Assembly (NCBI GenBank): GCA_965214605.1 | Contig: OZ243961.1 | Span: 3,712,001 to 3,776,000, forward strand | Length of the DNA stretch: 64,000 bases | Source of the DNA: an uncultured Candidatus Binatia bacterium | GTDB taxonomy: Bacteria; Desulfobacterota; Binatia; Bin18 | Reading direction: 5' to 3' | Shown: in pieces, positions 29,942 through 38,722 of the stretch | Layout of the letters: every line of letters starts with the position of its first letter | How positions within the stretch are numbered: position 1 is the first letter of the stretch | Made by a program: the position numbers and the translations under genes | Notes under the pieces: generated by a model | The model's database searches: none | Told to the model about the DNA's origin: nothing | The model's input: the letters and a program-made list of their open reading frames with translations, nothing else

Positions 29942-31171
29942 ATGTACAAGGATGCCGCTCTCCTAGTGAGTCTTGATATTGGTAGCTACAAAACTGCGGT
30001 AGTGGTGGCCCGGCAGAGCCTTGAGGAGCTGGAAATCCTGGGAGTCGGCAGCGCTCCTTCCCAGGGTTTGCGTAAGGGCCTGATCATCAACGTTGAAACT
30101 ACCGTACAGGCTATTCGGAACGCTGTTGAGGAAGCCCAAGCCAGGGCGAGCTGCGACATCTATGAGGTGAGCGGCAGCATTGTCGGCGGCTATGTGGACG
30201 GCATTACCAGCCAAGGCCTAGTCGTTATTGAGGACCAGGAGGTGCAGGCCAAGGATCTGCGCCGGGTCATTGAGGTAGGCCGCGCCCGCGCCCTGCCCGT
30301 CGACTGTGAGATCCTACACGTCATGCCCCAAGAATTCCTGGTCGACGGCCAGGACCGGGGCAGAGATCCGATTGGCAGCTCCGGAGTCCGTCTTGAGGCG
30401 GCGGTCCATCTGGTGGCGGTGGCTAGCAGCGCCATCCAAACCATCTCCAGGTGCTGTGAGCGGGCCGGATTGTCTCTGCACCGGCTGTATTTTACCGCCC
30501 TGGCCGCAGCCGAAGCTGTGCTCACTCCGGAAGAGAAGGAAATGGGGGTGGCGGTGCTTGATATTGGGGGTGGGACAACGAGCGTGATTGTCTTTGCCCA
30601 CGGGGTGCCCCAGCATACCGCGGTTTTACGACTCGGCGGCCATAATATTACCAACGATTTGGCGGTCGGCTTGCGCACGCCGCTGGCCGAGGCGGAAAAG
30701 CTCAAACAACAGTATGGCTGCGCGTTGATGGATCTCATCCTGCCCGGCGAAACGATTGGGATGCCGCGCATCGGCGGACGTGAACCGGCATTGCTCCTGC
30801 GGCGACGGTTAGGAGAAATCATCGAACCCCGGGCCGAGGAAATTTTAAGCCTGGCCAAGGAACAGATCGAGCAGGCGAGCTTGCTCAACAAACTGGGGTC
30901 CGGCCTAGTGCTGACCGGTGGCGGAGCGATATTGGCGGGCATGCCCGAGCTGGCTGAACGGGTTTTCCGAATGCCCACCCGACGTGGCAGGCCGCACTAT
31001 TTGGACGGCCTTGTTGACGAGTTGAACAGCCCCATGTATGCGACTAGTATAGGAACTATCTTATCCAGCATACAGGAGGGACAGCAGAACGGCATTAGGC
31101 CGACCCGTCATGGTCGAGGGTGGCAGCGTGTCCGGGAAGAGGTGGCGGGGTGGATTCGAGATTTTTTTTAG
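29942..31171 (+). CDS. ftsA: Cell division protein FtsA
   Basis: LDIGSYK, GLRKG, DIGGGTT, GGHNITNDL, AEKLK, VLTGGG, C-terminal amphipathic WIRDFF. Confidence 0.96.
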   Translation: MYKDAALLVSLDIGSYKTAVVVARQSLEELEILGVGSAPSQGLRKGLIINVETTVQAIRNAVEEAQARASCDIYEVSGSIVGGYVDGITSQGLVVIEDQEVQAKDLRRVIEVGRARALPVDCEILHVMPQEFLVDGQDRGRDPIGSSGVRLEAAVHLVAVASSAIQTISRCCERAGLSLHRLYFTALAAAEAVLTPEEKEMGVAVLDIGGGTTSVIVFAHGVPQHTAVLRLGGHNITNDLAVGLRTPLAEAEKLKQQYGCALMDLILPGETIGMPRIGGREPALLLRRRLGEIIEPRAEEILSLAKEQIEQASLLNKLGSGLVLTGGGAILAGMPELAERVFRMPTRRGRPHYLDGLVDELNSPMYATSIGTILSSIQEGQQNGIRPTRHGRGWQRVREEVAGWIRDFF

Positions 31172-31216
31172 CCCGTGGCCTTCCCGGTGGGGAGGAACTT
31201 AGCAAGGAGGTGCGAG

Positions 31217-32428
31217 ATGATTGAGTTTGTGGAGAATGAGAGGAATGGGGCGCAGATCCGCATCGTTGGCATTGGAGGGGCAGGCGGGAATGCTATTAAT
31301 ACCATGATTAGTGCCGGGTTGGCCGGGGTTGACTTTATCGTCGCTAATACGGACGCTCAGGCTCTGCAGATGAATCTGGCCCCGACCAAGGTTCAGCTCG
31401 GTAGTGATTTGACCAAAGGGCTAGGAGCCGGGGCGAATCCCGAAATCGGCCGTCGCTCGACGATTGAGAGCGAGGAAGAAATTGGCCAACACTTGCAGGG
31501 ATCCGATATGGTTTTTGTCACCGCCGGTATGGGTGGCGGCACGGGTACTGGAGGAGCGTCGGTCGTGGCGCGGATTGCCAAAGAGATAGGAGCACTTACT
31601 GTTGGTGTTGTGACCAAGCCCTTTCTGTTTGAGGGCAAAAGGCGTATGCGTCAGGCCGAAGAAGGGATTCGCGAGCTTAAAGACAACGTTGATACCCTGA
31701 TCTCTATTCCAAATCAGAGGCTGTTAGCCGTGGCCAGTCGCAGTCAGCCGCTGCTTGAGGCCTTCCATAAGGCCGACGAGGTACTCCTCCAAGCAGTGCG
31801 CGGTATTTCCGATCTGATTATGGTTGGCGGCCTGATTAATCTCGATTTTGCCGATGTACGGACGATTATGGCCGAGATGGGGATGGCCATTATGGGCGCG
31901 GCATCGGCCAACGGTGAGGGGCGGGCCGAGGAAGCTTCGCGTCGGGCAATTGCCAGCCCGTTGTTGGAAGATATTTCTATCCGTGGAGCAAAAGGCGTTC
32001 TTATCAATGTGACCGGTGGACCGAGTTTGACCCTACACGAGGTCAACGAAGCTGCCGTGCTCATTCAGGACGAGGCTGACGAAGAGGCCAACATCATCTT
32101 CGGTGCGGTGATTGATGAGTCGATGGGAGAAGATCTGTCGATTACGGTTATTGCCACCGGCTTTGGCGGAGCCGAGGCTGAGCAACAGCCCAAGGATACC
32201 CACCGGCCGACGCTTATTAGCTCGGTGCGGAGCAGTCTGCGGACTCCGACCGGACCGCGCAAAGTCGTCCACCTCGGCACGCTTGTTGATGATGAGCTGG
32301 AGACGCCAACCTGGCAGCGTAAGCGGCAGACCGACAAGCCGGTCGAGGCTTCGGCCGAGGCGGCACCAGACGCCGAAGCCAAAGATAAGTATGATATCCC
32401 GGCGTTTTTACGTAAGCAGGCGAATTAA
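31217..32428 (+). CDS. ftsZ: Cell division protein FtsZ
   Basis: GGAGGNA, GLGAGANP, GMGGGTGTG, INLDFAD, C-terminal DIPAFLRK; AAGGAGG RBS. Confidence 0.99.
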   Translation: MIEFVENERNGAQIRIVGIGGAGGNAINTMISAGLAGVDFIVANTDAQALQMNLAPTKVQLGSDLTKGLGAGANPEIGRRSTIESEEEIGQHLQGSDMVFVTAGMGGGTGTGGASVVARIAKEIGALTVGVVTKPFLFEGKRRMRQAEEGIRELKDNVDTLISIPNQRLLAVASRSQPLLEAFHKADEVLLQAVRGISDLIMVGGLINLDFADVRTIMAEMGMAIMGAASANGEGRAEEASRRAIASPLLEDISIRGAKGVLINVTGGPSLTLHEVNEAAVLIQDEADEEANIIFGAVIDESMGEDLSITVIATGFGGAEAEQQPKDTHRPTLISSVRSSLRTPTGPRKVVHLGTLVDDELETPTWQRKRQTDKPVEASAEAAPDAEAKDKYDIPAFLRKQAN

Positions 32429-32455
32429 ACTGACACGGACGGGTAGTGTCCTACC

Positions 32456-34222
32456 ATGTGGTTGATGACCGAACGTGCCCGACACCGCCTGGCGGCCGAA
32501 ACACGGATGTTTTCGGCTAGTCCAGACGGCGAGCTGCCCGTTTGCCTAATTTATCCCAACCGTTACCCAATTGGTATGGCCAATCTCGGCTTTCAGGCAG
32601 CCTACCGGATTTTTTCCCAAGACCCTCACTGCCGCTGTGAGCGGGCGTTTCTGCCTGACCCTGACGAAGCCGCCGCGCTCGGCCGAACCCCCACTGCACT
32701 CACCTCTCTGGAGAGCCAGCGGCCCTTGGCCGATTTCGAACTCTTAGCCTTCTCCGTGTCTTTTGAAACCGACTACCTCCACATCCTCGATATCCTGGCC
32801 GCCGCCCACATACCGCTCTTGGCCGCCGCCCGACAGGCCCAGCACCCGCTGGTCATTGCCGGTGGGCCGGCCACCTTTCTCAATCCCGAACCGGTTGCCG
32901 ACTTTATCGATCTGTTTTTGATCGGCGAGGGTGAGGAAATGATTCCAGAGTTCTTGGAACGCTACATTCAGAACCGAGCGGCGGGTCTGAGCCGGTCTGA
33001 GCGGTTGCAGCGTCTGAGCGACATAGACGGGGTCTACCTCCCGTCTCAGTTCGAGCCTCACTATGACGACGAGGGACATTTGATCCGGCTAGACTATAGT
33101 GGCACCGGAGAACCTAGCGTTCGGCGGCGACTAGTTGAGGATTTAGACACCTATCCGACCCACTCACAGATCCTCAGCTCGGAGGCGGTCTTTGGCGACA
33201 TGTACCTGCTTGAAACCAGCCGGGGCTGCGAGTGGGGCTGCCGTTTTTGCGCGGCCGGTTATATGTATCGACCGGTCCGTTATCGCAGCGTCGAGAATAT
33301 CAAACAGCAGGTAACAGTGGGGCTCAAAGAGCGTACGACTATTGGGTTGGTCGGCGCCGAGATGGCTAGTCAGCCGGGCGTTGCCGCTCTGTGCGAATTC
33401 ATTGGCCAAGCCGGAGGACGTGCCTCGCCCTCCTCGCTCAAGGCCGACGTGGTTAGTCGAGATCTGGCCGTTGCCATCGGTCACAATAAGAATCGTTCGG
33501 TCACCCTAGCTCCGGAAGCAGGCTCAGAGCGGATGCGGCGTCTGATCAATAAAAATCTGACCGAGCCCGAAATCTTACGGGCTGCTGAGTGGTTGGTGGA
33601 TGGTGGGGTGCGATCGCTCAAACTGTATTTCATGCTCGGTCTACCAACCGAGAGGCAAGAGGATGTGGATGCGATTGCCGAGCTGAGCCAGAAAATTTAT
33701 GAGCGTCTGTGCGTCACCAGCAGCCCGGTCGTCGGTGGTTTGACCCTATCGGTCAACGCCTTCTCGCCCAAACCTTGGACCCCCCTACAGTGGGAGCCGA
33801 TGGAAGCGGTGGCTAGCCTGCGAGGCAAGCTGACCGGGCTCCGCAAGCGGCTCGCCGGTCTGCCGCGGGTCCAGGTTGACACCGAATCGCCCCGTGAAGC
33901 TTACTACCAGACTCTGCTGTCTCGGGGTGACCGTCGGACCGGAGGGCTGCTGCTCGCGATTCACCACGCCGGCGGTGACTGGTGGAAAGTCATTCAGCAG
34001 CTGCGGCGGACGGTCAGATCGCCCTCCGCTCAGCGGTCCCTAAGCCCCAATCCGGATTTCTTCGTCCATCGTCGCTACGATGCCCAAGAGCTGCTGCCGT
34101 GGGATTTCATTGATCATTCGGTCAGTAAACAATACCTATGGGTTGAGTGGCGCAAAGCCCTGTTAGGACGACAAACGCCGCCGTGTGATGTGAGCACCTG
34201 CCACACCTGTGGTGCGTGTTAA
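32456..34222 (+). CDS. Radical SAM protein with N-terminal B12-binding-like domain and C-terminal Cys cluster (TIGR03960-like)
   Basis: YPNRYPIGMANLG, IAGGP, IGEGE, RGCEWGCRFC (CxxxCxxC), APEAGSERMR, KLYFMLGLP, C-terminal CDVSTCHTCGAC. Confidence 0.85.
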   Translation: MWLMTERARHRLAAETRMFSASPDGELPVCLIYPNRYPIGMANLGFQAAYRIFSQDPHCRCERAFLPDPDEAAALGRTPTALTSLESQRPLADFELLAFSVSFETDYLHILDILAAAHIPLLAAARQAQHPLVIAGGPATFLNPEPVADFIDLFLIGEGEEMIPEFLERYIQNRAAGLSRSERLQRLSDIDGVYLPSQFEPHYDDEGHLIRLDYSGTGEPSVRRRLVEDLDTYPTHSQILSSEAVFGDMYLLETSRGCEWGCRFCAAGYMYRPVRYRSVENIKQQVTVGLKERTTIGLVGAEMASQPGVAALCEFIGQAGGRASPSSLKADVVSRDLAVAIGHNKNRSVTLAPEAGSERMRRLINKNLTEPEILRAAEWLVDGGVRSLKLYFMLGLPTERQEDVDAIAELSQKIYERLCVTSSPVVGGLTLSVNAFSPKPWTPLQWEPMEAVASLRGKLTGLRKRLAGLPRVQVDTESPREAYYQTLLSRGDRRTGGLLLAIHHAGGDWWKVIQQLRRTVRSPSAQRSLSPNPDFFVHRRYDAQELLPWDFIDHSVSKQYLWVEWRKALLGRQTPPCDVSTCHTCGAC

Positions 34223-34237
34223 GTCCGGCGCTGTTCT

Positions 34238-34636
34238 ATGATCATCGCCATTGGCACTGACCTGACAGAGGTCGAGCGGATTCGAGCCGCTCTGGACAAT
34301 CGGCGTAGCGGCCAGCGTTTTCGCGACCGTGTTTTCACTCCTGGTGAGCAGGCCTACTGCGAGCAGCGTGGGGGTGGCACCTATCAGAGTTATGCTGCCC
34401 GTTTTGCGGCCAAGGAGGCCGTCATGAAGGCGTTGGGCCAGGGTTGGGGAGCGCAGCTCGGTTGGCTTGATATTGAGGTTAGGCGCTGGCCAGGAGCACG
34501 TCCTGAGATTCTTTTGTCTGACCGGGCCAAAGCCTACGCCGCCTCGCTCGGTGTTCGACGTCTGCACCTCGCGCTGACGCATACCGCAACCCTGGCCGAG
34601 GCTCAGGTGGTGGCTGAGGGGGAGGGAGAGAGTTGA
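34238..34636 (+). CDS. acpS: Holo-ACP synthase
   Basis: IGTDL, AARFAAKEAVMKALG, LTHT. Confidence 0.95.
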   Translation: MIIAIGTDLTEVERIRAALDNRRSGQRFRDRVFTPGEQAYCEQRGGGTYQSYAARFAAKEAVMKALGQGWGAQLGWLDIEVRRWPGARPEILLSDRAKAYAASLGVRRLHLALTHTATLAEAQVVAEGEGES

Positions 34637-34683
34637 GGAGGGGGCGGACGGCCCGTTCAGATGCCCACTTCTTAGGTCAAAAC

Positions 34684-34709
34684 GCCAAGGTCAAAATTCA
34701 GACCTTGGC
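34684..34709. terminator. 9-bp stem hairpin between the convergent acpS and E2 genes
   Basis: GCCAAGGTC-AAAATTCA-GACCTTGGC; no strong T tract. Confidence 0.4.
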
Positions 34710-34733
34710 CGTTGCTTGGAAAAGTGCTCTAGG

Positions 34734-36116
34734 CTAGTCCACGGCCAGGGCAATTCGGTTGCCATGCGACAGTAGATCGGCCACACTGCCTAGGAAGGCA
34801 CCGGCCGGTGCACCGTCAATCACCTGGTGATCAAAGCTCAGGCTCAAGACCAGCATTGATCGCTTGGTGATTTCGCCCTGATACACGACGGGTTTGTCAA
34901 CGATGCGGCCGACGCCCAAAATTCCAGTCTGGGGCGAGTTGATAATCGGGGTAAAGGCGTCAACGCCGGCCATCCCCAGGTTTGAAACGGTGAAGGTTCC
35001 GCCGCTGACCTCTTCGAGCTGGAGTTTACCCGCCCGTGCTTTCTCGGCCAGACTGCGCGCTTCCTGGGCAATAGTCTTGAGCGGCTTTTTATCGGCGTCA
35101 TGGATCACCGGGACGATCAAGCCCTCCTCTAGCGCCACGGCAAAACCGACGTGGACAGCGGCGTGCAGCTGGATCGCGCCCCCTTCGAGCGAGGCATTCA
35201 TACGCGGATGCTGAAGCAGGGCATGGGCGCAGGCCTGGATGATGAAGTCGTTGTAGGTGGTGTTGAACTCACGCCGGACCTCTTCACGCCGCTCGATGAG
35301 CTGGGTCACATCAACCTCGGTGGTAATGGTGAGCTGGGCGGTATCCTGGAGGCTCTTGTGCATGCGCTCGGCAATCACTTTACGCATACCGCGTAGCGGG
35401 ACCGATTGGCCCTCTGCCGGGGCAGCCGGGGCCTCCGCCGGGGCCTGAGCGCCCGCGTCAATGGCCTGCTGGACATCCTCTCTGGTGATCCGTCCGCCGG
35501 GTCCGGTCCCGGTTAGACGGGCAGTCTCGATGTTGTGTTCGGCGGCAAGTTTACGAGCTGCGGGAGTGACGGGTGCCCGTTTCCCGGGGGATTTCGCCGG
35601 GGCCTGAGCGCCCGCGTCAATGGCCTGCTGGACATCCTCTCTGGTGATCCGTCCGCCGGGTCCGGTCCCGGTTAGACGGGCAGTCTCGATGTTGTGTTCG
35701 GCGGCAAGTTTACGAGCTGCGGGAGTGACGGGTGCCCGTTTCCCAGCGGCCGCTTCCATGACAGGTGCAGTCGGGGCACCACTGGGACCCGGCGTCGGCG
35801 AGCCCGCCGGGCTGGGAGCAGCCTGCGGAGCGGGAGCGCCATCGCTGTAGCGGGCGGCTATCTCAGCCACGTCTTCCCCGGCTTCGGCAATCACCGCGAC
35901 CGGTAGGCCGACCGGGACAACTGCTTCAAGGCCATACAGCAGTTTGGCAACCGTGCCACTAGCCGTTGATTCGACCTCATACAGGACTTTTTCGGTTTCG
36001 ACCTCAAACAGGGCATCTCCTTCGTTGATGGCCTCCCCTTCGTCTTTAAACCATCGCTGGATTGTACCCTCGACCATCGTGAGACCGAATTTCGGCATGA
36101 CAACTTCGGCGGCCAC
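34734..36116 (-). CDS. Dihydrolipoamide acyltransferase E2 with two peripheral-subunit-binding domains
   Basis: Lipoyl domain (VETEKV), two TPAARKLA...GTGPGGRITREDV domains, catalytic FDHQVIDG. Confidence 0.93.
   Translation of the reverse strand: MAAEVVMPKFGLTMVEGTIQRWFKDEGEAINEGDALFEVETEKVLYEVESTASGTVAKLLYGLEAVVPVGLPVAVIAEAGEDVAEIAARYSDGAPAPQAAPSPAGSPTPGPSGAPTAPVMEAAAGKRAPVTPAARKLAAEHNIETARLTGTGPGGRITREDVQQAIDAGAQAPAKSPGKRAPVTPAARKLAAEHNIETARLTGTGPGGRITREDVQQAIDAGAQAPAEAPAAPAEGQSVPLRGMRKVIAERMHKSLQDTAQLTITTEVDVTQLIERREEVRREFNTTYNDFIIQACAHALLQHPRMNASLEGGAIQLHAAVHVGFAVALEEGLIVPVIHDADKKPLKTIAQEARSLAEKARAGKLQLEEVSGGTFTVSNLGMAGVDAFTPIINSPQTGILGVGRIVDKPVVYQGEITKRSMLVLSLSFDHQVIDGAPAGAFLGSVADLLSHGNRIALAVD
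35436..35744. repeat. Exact 150-bp tandem duplication (period 159 bp) encoding the E2 PSBD
   Basis: 35436-35585 and 35595-35744 read identical at nucleotide level. Confidence 0.9.
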
Positions 36117-36195
36117 GGAGACTCCCTTCTCAATACGCTATGTAGTGTTGGTTTGCCGCGTTCGACCGTGTGTGGCACGGCCGAAGATCGGCCGT

Positions 36196-37164
36196 TTAGG
36201 CTACGAGTTCCTTGACGGCTTCGGCAATTTTCTGTTCGTCGGGCAGGACAAATTTTTCCATAGGCGGACTGTATGGAATAGGAACGTCATGGGCGGTCAG
36301 CCGTTTGACTGGGGCGTCAAGCGAGTCAAAGCCCTTATCGGCGATCACCGCCGCAATTTCCGACGCCGCGCCACACCGCAGGTGGCCTTCGTCAACAACC
36401 AAGACTTTGTGTGTCTTGGCAACCGAACTGAGAATTGTGTCCTCATCTAGTGGGACGAGGGTGCGCGGGTCGATAACCTCGACCGACACGCCTTCTTCTT
36501 CTAGGGAGGTGGCCGCCTTGAGGGCTTTGGAGACCATTAGGCCTATCCCGACCACCGTCACGTCCGAACCCTCGCGTTTAACCTCGCCCTTGCCGATTGG
36601 CACCAGATACTCTTGTTCAGGAATTTCTTGTCTGGACCGGCCTAAACCCATGTGCTCAAATACCAGCACCGGATTATTATCGCGGATGGCGCTCTTTAAC
36701 AGCCCTTTCATATCGTAGGGATCGGACGGCGCGACAATTTTTAAGCCCGGCACACTCATGAACTGGGCGTAGACGGTTTCTGAGTGCTGAGCTGCGGCCG
36801 AGCCGAGCGCGCCGTAGACCGTCCGAAAGGTAATCGGAATGTCGGCCTGGCCACCCGACATATAGCGGAGTTTGGCCGCTTGGTTACACACTTGGTCCCA
36901 GCAACAGTAGAAAAAGCTAGCAAATTCAATTTCGACAATCGGCCGCATCCCGGCCATGGCCGCGCCAATACCGGCCCCGGCATAGCCGGCTTCCGAAATC
37001 GGGGCGTTACGGATGCGTCCGGGACCGAATTCGTCGGTCAATCCACCGGTCGCACCAAACGCTCCAACCCAGACATCAAGACCCATCAGAAAAGTTCGAG
37101 GATCGCGTCTGAGTTCTTCAGCGAGGGCTGAATTAATTGCTTGGATGAATGAAACGTTCGACAT
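36196..37164 (-). CDS. TPP-dependent dehydrogenase E1 beta subunit (acetoin/pyruvate type)
   Basis: APISEAG, NQAAKLRYMSGG, AAQHSE, DPRTLVPLD. Start set at the ATG at 37164. Confidence 0.93.
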   Translation of the reverse strand: MSNVSFIQAINSALAEELRRDPRTFLMGLDVWVGAFGATGGLTDEFGPGRIRNAPISEAGYAGAGIGAAMAGMRPIVEIEFASFFYCCWDQVCNQAAKLRYMSGGQADIPITFRTVYGALGSAAAQHSETVYAQFMSVPGLKIVAPSDPYDMKGLLKSAIRDNNPVLVFEHMGLGRSRQEIPEQEYLVPIGKGEVKREGSDVTVVGIGLMVSKALKAATSLEEEGVSVEVIDPRTLVPLDEDTILSSVAKTHKVLVVDEGHLRCGAASEIAAVIADKGFDSLDAPVKRLTAHDVPIPYSPPMEKFVLPDEQKIAEAVKELVA

Positions 37165-37183
37165 GGTGTGTCTCCTCAGGCTG

Positions 37184-38170
37184 TCAGGCGGCTGAAAACA
37201 TATCTTCCAGGGCTTCTTCCGGGGCAGGCAGAGGACTGTCCTCGGCAAACTTGACCGCCTCGTCTATAACGACGGTGACTTCGGCCTTAACCGCATCAAT
37301 TTCGGCCTGGCCGACCACCCCGGCCTGCACAAAGCGCTGCTCAAAGGTGATAAGCGGACAGCGTTTCTTCCACTCTTCGATCTCTTCCTTGGGGCGATAG
37401 CTTTTGTCGCCCATAAAAGCTTCTTCGCCCACCACGTGGCCTTCCCAACGGTAGGTTTTGCACTCGATCAGGGTGGGACCCTCGCCCCTGCGGGCACGTT
37501 CGACCGCCTGACTGGTGGTCTCATAGACCTCCACCACGTCGTTGCCATTGACCACTACGCCAGGCATGTCGTGACCTCTGGCCCGGTCGGCAATGTCTTT
37601 GACTGAGGTGACATCTTTGCCGGCGGTGAATTCGCCGTACAGATTATTCTCGCACACGTAGATGACCGGCAGTTTCCAGGCCGAGGCAAGGTTGAGCGAT
37701 TCGTGGAAGGTCCCCTCGTTGGACGCCCCGTCGCCAAAGAAACACACCGCGACCTCAGCGCTGCCCCGGACTTGGGCCGCTAGACCCGCGCCGGTGGCAA
37801 TCGGCAGACCGGCTCCGACAATGCCGTTGGCGCCTAGGATGCCGATATCAAAATCGGCAATATGCATGGAGCCGCCCTTGCCCTTGCAGTAGCCCGTACT
37901 CTTGCCGTAGATCTCGGCCATCATGGGTTTGATCTGGCCCCCTTTGGCAATGAGATGACCATGGCCCCGATGGGTGCTGGTGATGTAGTCCTCGTCGGTC
38001 AGAGCGGCGCACACGCCGGTAGCTGAGGCTTCTTCGCCGATTGAGACGTGTACGAAGCCTGGAATTCTGCCTTCTTTAAAGATATCGCGCAGACGTTCCT
38101 CAAACTGGCGAATTGTCTGCATGGTGCGATACATCTCGAGTAATTTGTCTTTACCAACTTCCGCAGCCAT
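37184..38170 (-). CDS. TPP-dependent dehydrogenase E1 alpha subunit (AcoA-like)
   Basis: STHRGHGH, GKGGSMH, TPP motif GDGASN...CENN, KTYRWEGH; AGGAGG RBS. Confidence 0.93.
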   Translation of the reverse strand: MAAEVGKDKLLEMYRTMQTIRQFEERLRDIFKEGRIPGFVHVSIGEEASATGVCAALTDEDYITSTHRGHGHLIAKGGQIKPMMAEIYGKSTGYCKGKGGSMHIADFDIGILGANGIVGAGLPIATGAGLAAQVRGSAEVAVCFFGDGASNEGTFHESLNLASAWKLPVIYVCENNLYGEFTAGKDVTSVKDIADRARGHDMPGVVVNGNDVVEVYETTSQAVERARRGEGPTLIECKTYRWEGHVVGEEAFMGDKSYRPKEEIEEWKKRCPLITFEQRFVQAGVVGQAEIDAVKAEVTVVIDEAVKFAEDSPLPAPEEALEDMFSAA

Positions 38171-38254
38171 ATGCGCGCCCTCCTTTGTGGTGTGTGCAAC
38201 AACTGACAGCTGTTCTCATAATCCGAAACCCAGGCCGCGGTCAACCGACGCTGG

Positions 38255-38660
38255 TGTTTTTGAACTCCATTTCCAGCAAATAAGGAGAAACCTGGACTGT
38301 TGTGATATCGTCTCAAACCGCTCTCGGATACCCTTCTGGCCAAAGGAGAGGCGCAAAGTCCCATACCTCTTGATCTAGCGCGCCCTGCCTGTACTGGTAG
38401 TAATAAGGTGTCTCCGGCGGAGAAGGCATCATACATGATAAAATCAAAGCGGCGGCGTTCGTCTTTGTCGAGCGCGAAGTAGGGTTCTGAGCCGTGGCGT
38501 AACACACCCGGGACAGTTCAGCATTGTCAACAACAAGAGCGACGTAGGCGAGCCCATATGGGTGGCGTTGCACACCTGGACCGCTCTATAGATGAGTGAG
38601 ACGATAACGCCCACAGCACTGACGACCTCGGCCTAGCATCCCGATAGCCCTGAAATCTAT
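38255..38660 (-). pseudogene. Frameshifted remnant of a small membrane-anchored hypothetical protein
   Basis: GAGGAG RBS, then ATA (degenerate start). Fragments IDFRAIGML / AEVVSAVGVIVSLIYRAVQV / LVVDNAELSRV / ALDKDERRRFDFIMYDAFS / YYQYRQGALDQEVW / QKGIRERFE lie in shifting frames. Confidence 0.6.
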
Positions 38661-38722
38661 AACCGCTGCTCCTCAAGGAGACACTCCCATTGAGTCTGAT
38701 CCCCCCGCTCATTGCCGATCTG

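Noticed and set aside
30190-30978. Long antisense ORFs (also 57-716, 19142-19846, 42869-43744, 59369-60058)
   Set aside because: Shadow ORFs opposite well-supported genes, as expected in GC-rich DNA.
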